NCBI GenBank assembly: GCA_051418015.1
Contig: JBPRGF010000002.1
Coordinates: 313-64,312, forward strand
Source: Candidatus Nitrospinota bacterium M3_3B_026
Lineage (GTDB): Bacteria; Nitrospinota_A; UBA7883; JBPRGF01
Reading direction: 5' to 3'
Length of the DNA stretch: 64,000 nucleotides
Of the stretch, positions 38,730 through 47,107 are shown piece by piece (within the stretch, counting starts at the first letter, position 1; the number at the start of each line of letters is the position of its first letter). Made by a program: the position numbers and the translations under genes. The notes below the pieces were generated by a model. That model was not told the DNA's origin. It made no database searches and saw nothing but the letters and a program-made list of their open reading frames with translations.

Positions 38730-39770
38730 ATGCCCGAACGTCTTGGAACCACCATCACCAAGCACATAATAGAGCAACAGCGCCGTTTCCCCCGCGCCAG
38801 CGGGGAGTTCACCGGGCTCTTGAACGAGCTGGTGGTGGCGGCGAAGGTCATCGCCCGCGAGGTGAACAAGGCCGGGCTGGTGGACATCCTGGGGGAGACC
38901 GGCGAGACCAACATCCAGGGCGAGACGGTGCAAAAGCTCGACGAGTTCGCCAACTCCGCGATCATCCAGAAGATGGACCACACGGGCTACCTTTGCGCCA
39001 TGGCCTCCGAGGAGATGGCGGGGATCATAAACATCCCCGACAAGTATCCCCAGACCGGCAAGTACACCCTCGCCTTCGACCCGCTGGACGGCTCCTCCAA
39101 CATAGACGTCAACGTCTCCATAGGCACCATCTTCTCCATCCACAGGAAGGTGTCCGGCGCGCCTAAGGGCGTGGAGGAGGACTTCCTGCAGGAAGGGTCA
39201 AAGCAACTTGCGGCCGGATACATCATCTACGGCTCCTCCACCATGCTGGTCTTCTCCGCCGGGGCGGGGGTGCACGGCTTCACGCTGGACCCTTCCATAG
39301 GCGAGTTTCTCCTGAGCCATCCGAACATCACCACGCCGCCCAGGGGGAACATATATTCCGTCAACGAGGGCAACTCCCACAAGTGGGACGGCAACGTAAA
39401 ACGCATGGTCGAATACTTCAAGACGCCGGACAAGGAAACCGGCAGGCCGTACACATCGCGGTATATAGGCTCGCTGGTGGCCGATTTCCACAGGAACCTG
39501 CTGAAAGGCGGGATATTCATGTATCCCCACGACAGCAAAAACCCCAACGGCAAACTCCGGCTGCTCTACGAAGCCGCGCCGCTGGCCTACGTCTGTGAAC
39601 AGGCGGGCGGCGGCGCCATATCTCACCATGAGAACATCCTGGACATAAAGCCCGTGGAGCTGCACCAGCGCGTGCCCCTGTTCATCGGCAGCAAGGAGGA
39701 TGTCGAAACCTGCCGGATGTTCCTGAAAGGCGAAGACGCCGGGAAAAAGGCGTCGCTTTCAGCGCGTTAA
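38730..39770 (+). CDS. fbp: Fructose-1,6-bisphosphatase class 1
   Basis: '[11 protein letters not shown]', 'GSSTMLV', '[22 protein letters not shown]'. Confidence 0.95.
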   Translation: MPERLGTTITKHIIEQQRRFPRASGEFTGLLNELVVAAKVIAREVNKAGLVDILGETGETNIQGETVQKLDEFANSAIIQKMDHTGYLCAMASEEMAGIINIPDKYPQTGKYTLAFDPLDGSSNIDVNVSIGTIFSIHRKVSGAPKGVEEDFLQEGSKQLAAGYIIYGSSTMLVFSAGAGVHGFTLDPSIGEFLLSHPNITTPPRGNIYSVNEGNSHKWDGNVKRMVEYFKTPDKETGRPYTSRYIGSLVADFHRNLLKGGIFMYPHDSKNPNGKLRLLYEAAPLAYVCEQAGGGAISHHENILDIKPVELHQRVPLFIGSKEDVETCRMFLKGEDAGKKASLSAR

Positions 39771-39947
39771 GCGCCGGCCGCTATCTCCGGACGGCGCGAC
39801 GGCGGACGTAAACTCCATTTGCGCCTCGCCTGCCCTGGACATATATTACCTCCATCAAAGGCTATCGGCGCCGCAGATCCTGGCCGCGCTGGGGCGCGAA
39901 ACAGGCCGTGGGCCGGCCAAACACTCAAGAGCAGAGGGGGGCATGAG

Positions 39948-40559
39948 ATGAAAAAAACGTTGATATTCCTTTGGCTGATGATTTTCCTGTCACTGGCCGC
40001 CATCCCTGCCGCGTGGGCCGGCAAACCAGGATCATGCGCCGCCATCAAGGACGGCGTGTTGCAAAGCAGCGACGGCGCCACGCTCACGCTGGGATACGAC
40101 CAGTGGGGTTACAACTACCAGGCGCATATTTTCAACGGCGGCTATTGTGACGCCTATCGCGACGCCGCGTGGTGCCAGCCTTACAAGGATGTGGAACTCA
40201 TAATGAAGTGGAACGACGCATGGCTTTCCAACAAGGATTGCGACGGCGACGGAATGCTGGACAGGCATTACGGCCATTCAACATATATAGGCTCCGGAGC
40301 GTGGCTCACCAACCACCAGAGCGGCATTTACGAGATGGACGGGGAGGCGTGCCAGTGGGAATACTTCGTCAAGATCGTCGCCGCGCCAGCGGACGCAGAC
40401 GTCGACGAGGGATATTGGTATTCAGCCGATGGCTCCGAGATAGGGCCCGTCGAATGGGTCGATTTCGCCGTGATACAGCGCATATACAACGATCCGTGCG
40501 CGGGCGAGCACGGCGTGGAGTACCTGAGCCCCGTCGGACCCGGCGTCGGAAAGTTCTAG
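39948..40559 (+). CDS. Secreted hypothetical protein
   Basis: The Met at 39948 starts the signal peptide 'MKKTLIFLWLMIFLSLAAIPAAWA'. Trp/Tyr/Asp-rich; no family recognised. Confidence 0.6.
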   Translation: MKKTLIFLWLMIFLSLAAIPAAWAGKPGSCAAIKDGVLQSSDGATLTLGYDQWGYNYQAHIFNGGYCDAYRDAAWCQPYKDVELIMKWNDAWLSNKDCDGDGMLDRHYGHSTYIGSGAWLTNHQSGIYEMDGEACQWEYFVKIVAAPADADVDEGYWYSADGSEIGPVEWVDFAVIQRIYNDPCAGEHGVEYLSPVGPGVGKF

Positions 40560-40570
40560 AGCGCTAAAAC

Positions 40571-40609
40571 GCGGCCCCGCTCGCGCGCAGGGCGGGGCCG
40601 CTCTGTTTT
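40571..40609 (+). terminator. Rho-independent terminator
   Basis: The stem 'gcggccccgc'/'gcggggccgc' is followed by 'tctgtttt'. Confidence 0.7.
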
Positions 40610-40639
40610 CCACCCCCCCCCCGAAGTTTCGGCCCGCGT

Positions 40640-40667
40640 TTGACAGCGCGTGTTGTGTTATTATATA
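40640..40667 (+). promoter_or_regulatory. Sigma-70-type promoter for tRNA-Ala
   Basis: TTGACA (40640-40645), a 16-nt spacer, then TATATA (40662-40667). The tRNA starts at 40683. Confidence 0.5.
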
Positions 40668-40682
40668 CAACGTTTCTCAAGG

Positions 40683-40758
40683 GGGGCAGTAGCTCAGCTG
40701 GGAGAGCGCAGCGTTCGCAACGCTGAGGTCACGGGTTCGATCCCCGTCTGCTCCACCA
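40683..40758 (+). tRNA. tRNA-Ala (anticodon CGC), CCA encoded
   Basis: Hand-folded cloverleaf. Acceptor stem ggggcag/ctgctcc with the G3:U70 alanine identity pair; D-stem gctc/gagc; anticodon stem cagcg/cgctg with loop ttCGCaa; T-arm acggg-ttcgatc-cccgt. Confidence 0.92.
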
Positions 40759-40778
40759 TTCATTCAACGGGTTACGCC
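40722..40778 (+). repeat. attL-type direct repeat (tRNA 3' half plus 20 nt)
   Basis: 50 of 57 nt are identical to 45415-45471. The longest perfect block is 'cgggttcgatccccgtc'. Confidence 0.8.
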
Positions 40779-41873
40779 GCAAGGCGCGCCCTCGACCCCC
40801 GCGAAATCCCCGGATTGTGACAAAATTGTGACAAAATCCCTCTCCGGCCTGTCCAATCCGTCCAGAATCTCCACTCCGGGCCTTAAGCTTTCGATGCAAT
40901 GATGGGCGTATCTCTGGGTCATCCTGATGTCCTTGTGGCCGAGAAGCTTCGCCACGGAGTACAGGTCAACCCCCGCCCTCACGAGCCTGGTGGCGAACGT
41001 ATGCCTCAGGTCATGAAAACGGAACTTCTCCACTCCGGCTTTCCTGACGGCTTTCTTGAAGTCTCTCTGAAGATTGGTCCTGTCAAGCCTGCCTCCGGCG
41101 CCGCAACAAAAGATGAAACCATCCATGAAGCCTTTAAATCGTCTTCTGGACATAACGGCTCCCAAAGCATTCTTGTTCAGGGGCACGCTCCTTCTCTCCC
41201 CGTTCTTGGACTTCATGATCACCGCCGTCCTTCTCTTCAAATCCACGTAAGGCCATCTCAGATCCAGAATCTCAGCCTGCCTCATCCCTGTGTTCAGGGC
41301 GAAAACAATGATGTCCCTGAGCCTCTCGGGACACACCGCCAGAAGCCTCTTCTCCTCGTCGAAGGATAGCCATCGGTCGACCTGGTTGTTGAACCGGATT
41401 TTCGAGACCCGGGAAGCGGGATTTTTTTCAACCCACTCCCATTCCATGACGGCGAGGTTGTAAGCCCGCCTCATGATGCTCACCTCCCGCTCGATCGTCG
41501 CCGGCTTTCTGCCGAGCTTTCTCCTCGCGGACTTGTACTCGACAATCATCGCGGAGGTGATCTCACCGACAAGGCGGCCTTTGAAAAATCTCAGAAGACT
41601 CTTCGAGGCGCTCGCCTCTCTCAGCCGGCTGTCCTTGGTTTTGAAGACAGCATACTCATCGAGGTATTTGCCCATCATCTCCTCAAAGGTCTTTTTACTC
41701 CCAGGATTCTCGGAAGCGATGTCAAGCCACCTGCCTTCCGCGATCCCTGTCGTGACCTTCGCGAAAATTTTCATTGCCAGCTTCTTGTCAGCGGTTTCGG
41801 TTGACCTTCTTATCCGGCCGTGTTCCGTGGAGAAGCTCATCCACCAGACCCTGCCTCTTTTATACAGCGCCAT
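40764..41873 (-). CDS. int: Tyrosine-type site-specific integrase
   Basis: 'RFHDLRHTFATRLV', 'LLGHKDIRMTQRYAH'. The ATG at 41873 is preceded by AGGAGG, and the stop lies 5 nt from the tRNA end. Confidence 0.92.
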   Translation of the reverse strand: MALYKRGRVWWMSFSTEHGRIRRSTETADKKLAMKIFAKVTTGIAEGRWLDIASENPGSKKTFEEMMGKYLDEYAVFKTKDSRLREASASKSLLRFFKGRLVGEITSAMIVEYKSARRKLGRKPATIEREVSIMRRAYNLAVMEWEWVEKNPASRVSKIRFNNQVDRWLSFDEEKRLLAVCPERLRDIIVFALNTGMRQAEILDLRWPYVDLKRRTAVIMKSKNGERRSVPLNKNALGAVMSRRRFKGFMDGFIFCCGAGGRLDRTNLQRDFKKAVRKAGVEKFRFHDLRHTFATRLVRAGVDLYSVAKLLGHKDIRMTQRYAHHCIESLRPGVEILDGLDRPERDFVTILSQSGDFAGVEGAPCGVTR

Positions 41874-42204
41874 ATCCACCTCCTTTCCGGGCAGACTTGG
41901 CCTGGCTTCCCCTATCAGGGGAATGATAGCCCCGGCTTTTGGACGAATCAATGGCTTCTCGAATAATATTTTCCATCCTGCTGGAAGCGATCGGCTTGGG
42001 CTTTGAAATTTTTGGCGCGCGTTCCACCGAGTTTTTGGAGGATTCTATCCAGTTTTCAATATCAGCGAGGTCAAAACGCAACAAGCCATAAAACCTGAGG
42101 CACGGAATTTTTCCCTGGCTCGCCCAGGCGTACAGAGTCGAGCTTTTCACATTCAAAAGCTCGGAAAGCTCCTTGATCGTAAGATATCGCTTTTTTGTGC
42201 TCAT
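41860..42204 (-). CDS. AlpA/excisionase-type HTH protein
   Basis: 'LTIKELSELLNVKSSTLYAWASQGKIPCLRF'. I chose the ATG at 42204. Overlaps the integrase start by 14 nt. Confidence 0.75.
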   Translation of the reverse strand: MSTKKRYLTIKELSELLNVKSSTLYAWASQGKIPCLRFYGLLRFDLADIENWIESSKNSVERAPKISKPKPIASSRMENIIREAIDSSKSRGYHSPDRGSQAKSARKGGGYGAV

Positions 42205-42250
42205 GGTTTCAGAAAACGTCCGCGTTTGATGGCTTGTTGGAACATCCTTT

Positions 42251-43132
42251 TTACCTTCTCGCTCCGAGATATTGTGAGCTGATGTATTTACGGGAATGGC
42301 CAAGCTGGTCGGCGATGTACCAGTAGGCGCGATCAGCGCTCTCTTTTTGCTCCATGGTCATCTCTTTAACGCCCGGGCCGCCGCAGACCCTCGGCTCCAT
42401 GCCGGTCATCTCGCGATACGTCTTGTGCGCCCAACCGTGGCGGAGGTCGTGGCTTCTTATGCCGAGGACTTTTCGGAGCGTGTCGTGGTAGTTGCGCAGC
42501 CAGTTTTCGAGAGTTTTGTCCTTCGGGATGAGGCTTTTGTTCCTCGTCCGGTCCGCGTATTCATGGACGCGCCTTATCCAGCCGCGTTGAGCCTCGTTGT
42601 TGACGTCGAGATTACGCGGCCGGCCGCCCTTACACCAGCTGCCGAGCATGGCAAGATAGTTTTCACGGTCGGCGAATTTTACCCGGAACTTCAACGCCTC
42701 CTGCGCCCTGACGCCGAACAGCATCTGGGCCTCGACGGCCAGGCGGTACTCCTCTTTCGGTATCCGCTGGATCTCTTCCGGCGCCGGATAGGCAGCCCTG
42801 TCCCGTGTGGCGTAGTATCTGCGCGAGCCGATCCCGTACTCAGCGTTCGTCCTGTGGACGATGTTCGGCTTGCCGATGCCCTTTGCAAGAGAGCGCAAGT
42901 AGGACAGATTGTTCTTGAGCGATCCCGTGGACAGCCCCAGGCCTTTCAGGTGTTCGACGTAGGCTTCGATGATCCTCGGCTTCAGGGAGGAAAGTTTCGA
43001 CAATGACCTGTAATTCTCCATCAGCCAGCCGCCGAACCTGTGCAGACCGACTTCGAGGTCACGCCTGCCGGCGTAGCTCCGCCGGCCGCTCCCACGGATG
43101 ACTTTCTGGATGTCGGCTTTTAGTCTTCGCAT
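42251..43132 (-). CDS. Second, divergent tyrosine recombinase-like protein
   Basis: Catalytic-type residues: 'GVRAQEAL' (R), 'RSHDLRHGWAH' (HxxR), 'LGHSRKYISSQYLG' (H...Y). The ATG at 43132 is preceded by AGGAG. Confidence 0.72.
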   Translation of the reverse strand: MRRLKADIQKVIRGSGRRSYAGRRDLEVGLHRFGGWLMENYRSLSKLSSLKPRIIEAYVEHLKGLGLSTGSLKNNLSYLRSLAKGIGKPNIVHRTNAEYGIGSRRYYATRDRAAYPAPEEIQRIPKEEYRLAVEAQMLFGVRAQEALKFRVKFADRENYLAMLGSWCKGGRPRNLDVNNEAQRGWIRRVHEYADRTRNKSLIPKDKTLENWLRNYHDTLRKVLGIRSHDLRHGWAHKTYREMTGMEPRVCGGPGVKEMTMEQKESADRAYWYIADQLGHSRKYISSQYLGARR

Positions 43133-43887
43133 AATCGACTCCTTTCTTTTTGGCTTTGTTGATAAAAGTTCAGTGTTACTGCCGACCGTCAAAAACGGTC
43201 ACAGCCAGAGCCGCGCGGACGTACCGTCGCGGTTGACTGTCGTCCGGCCCCTTAGTGTCCGGACGGGCCTTGAGCCTGGCCAAAAACAGGCCTCCGGGAC
43301 ATGCCCGGATTCCAGCCCACAAGCGCTGGCAGGTTAAAAAGATCGGGTAGCCGCTATCCCGATCGCCGCTTTTCCTGGCGCGGCGGCCCGCGCATAAAAG
43401 GGAAACAAAACGGTGTGGAGCAGACACACCTTGTCTTTTCTACGGATGACCGTCATGGAGGACGGTGATTCGCGCCGCCCGCCGCGAGCTTGTGGAATCA
43501 CGCGGACAGAGCAGCGCCAGGTTCTCTAAGGAAAGCGCGGCTATGAAACTGCGAAGGCTTGCGCGAAACAGACGCTCCGCAAGAGCCTTCGCAGGTGACA
43601 GGGATTCAGCGAAGGTTGATTAAAACCCTCACCGCGGCCGCGATGGGCCGATTCCATGAGCTCCGCGAACGCGCAAAAACGCCGATGAGGCGAGAAAGCG
43701 CGCACGGAGAGTGTGGTGGATTCGCGCCGGGATTGGCGCGCGTGTGGCGGACCCGCCGGTCCGCTGTCTGGAAGGGCCCGGGGCTAAAACCCAGGTCCTT
43801 TAGGTCCCCGAAGGGAGTGCTTCACGAAGAAGCGGAAAATGAAAAACTATGGTTGAATTATACTGGAGTCCCGGCCCCCCAGTCAAT

Positions 43888-43934
43888 AAAAAAGGCGACA
43901 CCCGGCGCCCCTGTGGGGCGCGCCGGATATCGCC
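43888..43934 (-). terminator. Rho-independent terminator after the DUF1640 gene
   Basis: Minus-strand RNA 'ggcgauauccggcgcgcccc aca ggggcgccgggugucgcc uuuuuu'. Confidence 0.7.
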
Positions 43935-43960
43935 TTGTCCTTCCTCCGGCCGGGCCGGAG

Positions 43961-44287
43961 TCACCTTATCATCGAAATAACCAGGCCGAATCCGGCTATC
44001 ATGATGGCGAATTGACCCAGGGTCAATCCCACCATCCATTTGATAAGCCGGTTCTCGGTATCCCTCAGTTCGGTTCTGAGCCGGTGCTCTAGCTCCTTCA
44101 TCTCGCCCCTGAGAGCGCCCATATCGCTCCTGAGGGCGGTTTCCAGGTTCTTCAGATCGCCTTTTGTGGCGACCTGCTCTTCGGCGAACCTCACGAGGGC
44201 GCGGGCCTGTACTTCCGCCTGCGCCTCGGGAACGCCGGCCTCCTTCAGCTCCTTGGCGTAAGCCAAAGTATCGAAAACCATGCTCAT
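43961..44287 (-). CDS. DUF1640-like coiled-coil protein with C-terminal TM helix
   Basis: 'FDTLAYAKELKEAGVPEAQAEVQARAL' with a hydrophobic tail 'MVGLTLGQFAIMIAGFGLVI'. AGGAGA RBS upstream. Confidence 0.7.
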   Translation of the reverse strand: MSMVFDTLAYAKELKEAGVPEAQAEVQARALVRFAEEQVATKGDLKNLETALRSDMGALRGEMKELEHRLRTELRDTENRLIKWMVGLTLGQFAIMIAGFGLVISMIR

Positions 44288-44678
44288 ATCCTTTCTCCTA
44301 ATTTATACCACATCCTGCAAGGCCGAGTCCTGCCAGAACCACCATTTTTCATTCCCGCGGCATCACCTCGAACGCCGGAACGAAAGAGAGTGGTCTGAAT
44401 AATTCCTCTGTGAAAGTCCGTGAAAAACGCCGTCACGAACGATGATGTTATCCAAGGCGCTGAAACAGCGAGCCGCCGCGCCGTTTTGTTCTTTCGTCAC
44501 TCTACGCTTCGGCGCTGATTTTTTTTCGCTCGCTCCCGGCATTGGAAGGCGCAGGAGGCGGCGAATCGCTACCCAGGCTCGCCTTCAGGCGCCTTCATGC
44601 CGTCCGCATCGCTCGCGAACCGCGCCTTCGCCAGAGTGACGAAAGCGGACGGGGGAGGATGTTTGTTGAGCGCGCGAC

Positions 44679-44868
44679 TTACAAATTTTTACGTAAATCT
44701 TTGATAGCCATATCGCAGTCGCGCAATATTTTAGACAAAAGGCCGGGGCCTAACGTTTCGCGGGAATGAACAGGAAAAGGGTGGCTTCCTCTTATTCTAA
44801 AGACTTTAAAACCCGCGCGTTGAAGGGCGAATCAGTCGCTTGCCGGTGAGGCGGGGTTTTCTGCTCAC
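44679..44868 (-). pseudogene. hicA: hicA-type toxin gene disrupted by a frameshift
   Basis: A GTG overlapping the hicB stop gives 'VSRKPRLTGKRLIR', then a stop. The +1 frame continues 'ALQRAGFKVFRIRGSHPFPVHSRETLGPGLLSKILRDCDMAIKDLRKNL*'. This is my own hand translation; the ORF is not in the track. Confidence 0.6.
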
Positions 44869-45074
44869 GCCGGAACATGGAGCCGCTGGACACCTATGAA
44901 ATCGAGCTTTTCAACTTTATCTCCCCTCACCTCGAGGCAAAGCTCTATCGCCTCTTTTACTCGCTCCATGAGAACGTCCAGCGATTTCGCCTGGGTATGA
45001 CAACCAGGCAAGGCGGGCACAGAGGCCACATAATACCCCTCCTCGTCCCGCTCGATGATGACGTCGTATTCCAT
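44865..45074 (-). CDS. hicB: HicB-family antitoxin (N-terminal HicB fold only)
   Basis: 'MEYDVIIERDEEGYYVASVPALPGCHTQAKSLDVLMERVKEAIELCLE'. The ATG at 45074 is preceded by GGAGAAGG. Confidence 0.85.
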   Translation of the reverse strand: MEYDVIIERDEEGYYVASVPALPGCHTQAKSLDVLMERVKEAIELCLEVRGDKVEKLDFIGVQRLHVPA

Positions 45075-45414
45075 GTTATTACCTTCTCCAAGCGGCCCTT
45101 TCACTGACTCCATTAAAATTATATCACTAGATCATGACAGAACATATTCGAAACGATTCGAGCCGCTTACCACAAATCAGCGACAGGCACGAAAAGTCAA
45201 TTTACCCCCTTCTCAGAGCATCCAAAAGTCGTTTTACCCCCGCCTCACGGGAGACTAAAGTTAATTTGAATCCAATGAGCGGATTAAAAAAGCTCTGTCG
45301 TTCCTGCGTTTCATAGTGATCCAAATTCAGAACCTTTGGTTCGAAGATACCAAACAATCCACAGTCCCGGCTTATCGGAATCAAGCCCTTGAAAAATCGT
45401 CATTATTCCCAGCC

Positions 45415-45471
45415 GCTGAGGTCGCGGGTTCGATCCCCGTCAGCTTTACAATCCATTCAACGGGTTGCGCC
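45415..45471 (+). repeat. attR-type direct repeat (tRNA-Ala 3' fragment plus 20 nt)
   Basis: 'gctgaggtcgcgggttcgatccccgtcagctttacaatccattcaacgggttgcgcc'. There is no 5' half of a tRNA upstream. Confidence 0.8.
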
Positions 45472-45580
45472 TCCAGCGCCACCTTCGCCTTGAACTCGGC
45501 TGAAAAATTCCTTCGTTTGGACATAGAACAAGATTCCTCCTTCATCTCGCGGAATCCACTTTAGCATCCTGTCCAAACAT
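45457..45580 (-). pseudogene. Possible relic of an integrase 3' end
   Basis: The minus-strand reading ends '...GGATR*', compared with '...CGVTR*' for the intact integrase. Beyond the repeat the similarity is weak. Confidence 0.25.
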
Positions 45581-45717
45581 CGGGGAGCACCCCTGAATGC
45601 CGGCGGGATCACCCTTCCCGGCTCTTCCATTCGCTCCGCAGGGATATCCTTTATCTGATAACATGACATCGCGGCGGAGCAGGAGAAAATTAGCATGTTT
45701 CATATCCGTTCGGAACA

Positions 45718-46953
45718 ATGACATCAAAGTCATACGATTTCGTGGTGGCCGGGGCCGGGATAATCGGCCTCGCCACAGCCCGCGCGCTGAAGAGAAAATA
45801 CCCCGGCGCGAGCGTCCTTGTGCTCGAGAAAGAGCCGCGGCCGGGGCTTCACGCCAGCGGCCGTAACAGCGGCGTCCTTCACAGCGGGATTTATTACGCC
45901 CCCGGCACATTCAAGGCGAGGCTGTGCGTCCGTGGCGCGCAAATGATGATGTCCTTCGCCGGGGAGCGCGGGATACCCTTCGAGAAAACAGGCAAGGTGA
46001 TCGTGGCCGCCAGGGAGGAGGACCTGCCGGTGATCGACAGGCTGATGGCCAACGCGAGGGCGAACAGCGTGCTCGCCGAAAAACTGTCCGCCGATGACAT
46101 AAGAAAGATCGAGCCTGCCACGGAGCCATACGAAACGGGCGTATATTGCCCGGATACAGCCGTCATCGACAGCGCGCGGGTAGTAAAAGAGCTTTCCGAA
46201 GTCATCCGGTCCTCCGGCGTCGAGATACTTTTCGGAGAGAGAGTCTTGAGCGCGGACTCGGGGCGGGGCGAGTTGACGGCCACCGGCGGCGAATTCTCAT
46301 TCGGCTGGTTCTATAACTGCGCCGGAGCCTACGCGGACATTATAGCGGCGCGGTTCGGCGCCGGCCGGGGATACGAGCTGACCCCTTTCAAGGGAATCTA
46401 CTTCAAGCTCGCGCCGGACAAGGCGCGGCTTGTCCGGGGGAATATATATCCCGTTCCCGACCTGGATTTCCCTTTCCTCGGGGTACATTTCACGCGGGCG
46501 ATCGGCGGCGATGTCTACGCGGGGCCGACGGCGATTCCGGCCCTGGGGCGGGAGAACTACGCGATGATAAAGGACATGAACCCCGCCGAGGCGTTTGGCG
46601 TGGCAAGGCGCATGCTGAGCGTTTACATCGCCGACAGGGACAATTTCCGGCGCCTGGTGAAAGGAGAGACAAGGAAATATTTCAAGGGCGGTTTTCTGGC
46701 GGCGGCTAGGCGCCTCATGCCGTCGATCACGGCCGAAGACCTGATCCGGTCGGATAAGGTGGGCATCAGGCCCCAGTTGGTCAACGTCCGGGAAAAGAGG
46801 CTTGAGCTCGATTACGTGGTGGAGCGCGCGGACCGGTCCACGCACGTGCTGAACGCCATTTCGCCAGCCTTCACCAGCTCCCTGGCTTTCGCCGAATTTA
46901 TCGTGGAGAATGATTATAATCTTCATTCAGAAGAAAGCGCCGAAGAAGCGTGA
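45718..46953 (+). CDS. lhgO: FAD-dependent L-2-hydroxyglutarate oxidase/dehydrogenase-like protein
   Basis: 'YDFVVAGAGIIGLATA' and 'HASGRNSGVLHSGIYY'; about 400 aa. The symbol reflects family resemblance only. Confidence 0.78.
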   Translation: MTSKSYDFVVAGAGIIGLATARALKRKYPGASVLVLEKEPRPGLHASGRNSGVLHSGIYYAPGTFKARLCVRGAQMMMSFAGERGIPFEKTGKVIVAAREEDLPVIDRLMANARANSVLAEKLSADDIRKIEPATEPYETGVYCPDTAVIDSARVVKELSEVIRSSGVEILFGERVLSADSGRGELTATGGEFSFGWFYNCAGAYADIIAARFGAGRGYELTPFKGIYFKLAPDKARLVRGNIYPVPDLDFPFLGVHFTRAIGGDVYAGPTAIPALGRENYAMIKDMNPAEAFGVARRMLSVYIADRDNFRRLVKGETRKYFKGGFLAAARRLMPSITAEDLIRSDKVGIRPQLVNVREKRLELDYVVERADRSTHVLNAISPAFTSSLAFAEFIVENDYNLHSEESAEEA

Positions 46954-47107
46954 GGGAGGCCCGCGGGCGCATCCAGAACATCGCGCGGATGGTCATAACC
47001 TGCCGTCGCGTATAGAATCATGGAGAGATGATTATGGCTGTCAGTAAAGAATCGCCATGCGATCCGCTGGAAAGCCCCGGCGGGCGCGAAGGCCGGGGAT
47101 GCCCGCG

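Larger units (their letters stand above)
40722..45471. mobile_element. About 4.7-kb integrative islet inserted at the 3' end of tRNA-Ala
   Basis: An integrase abuts the tRNA, and imperfect direct repeats of the tRNA 3' end flank the element. The cargo is typical for such elements (xis, a second recombinase, DUF1640, hicBA), all on the minus strand. Confidence 0.7.

Noticed and set aside
43133-43887. Considered a retron msr/msd, a group II intron remnant or a recombinase guide RNA in the structured non-coding stretch.
   Set aside because: There is no reverse transcriptase or IS110-type transposase gene nearby, and I could not recognise the conserved structural hallmarks by eye. It is retained only as an unexplained-region finding.
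43559-44092. 177-aa plus-strand ORF inside the islet.
   Set aside because: There is no RBS, the composition is Arg/Pro-rich, its 3' part is antisense to the well-supported DUF1640 gene, and it crosses that gene's terminator hairpin.
45202-45384. 60-aa minus-strand ORF upstream of hicB, considered as the possible hicA partner.
   Set aside because: The sequence has none of the HicA motifs, and the real hicA-like reading lies downstream of hicB at 44679-44868.
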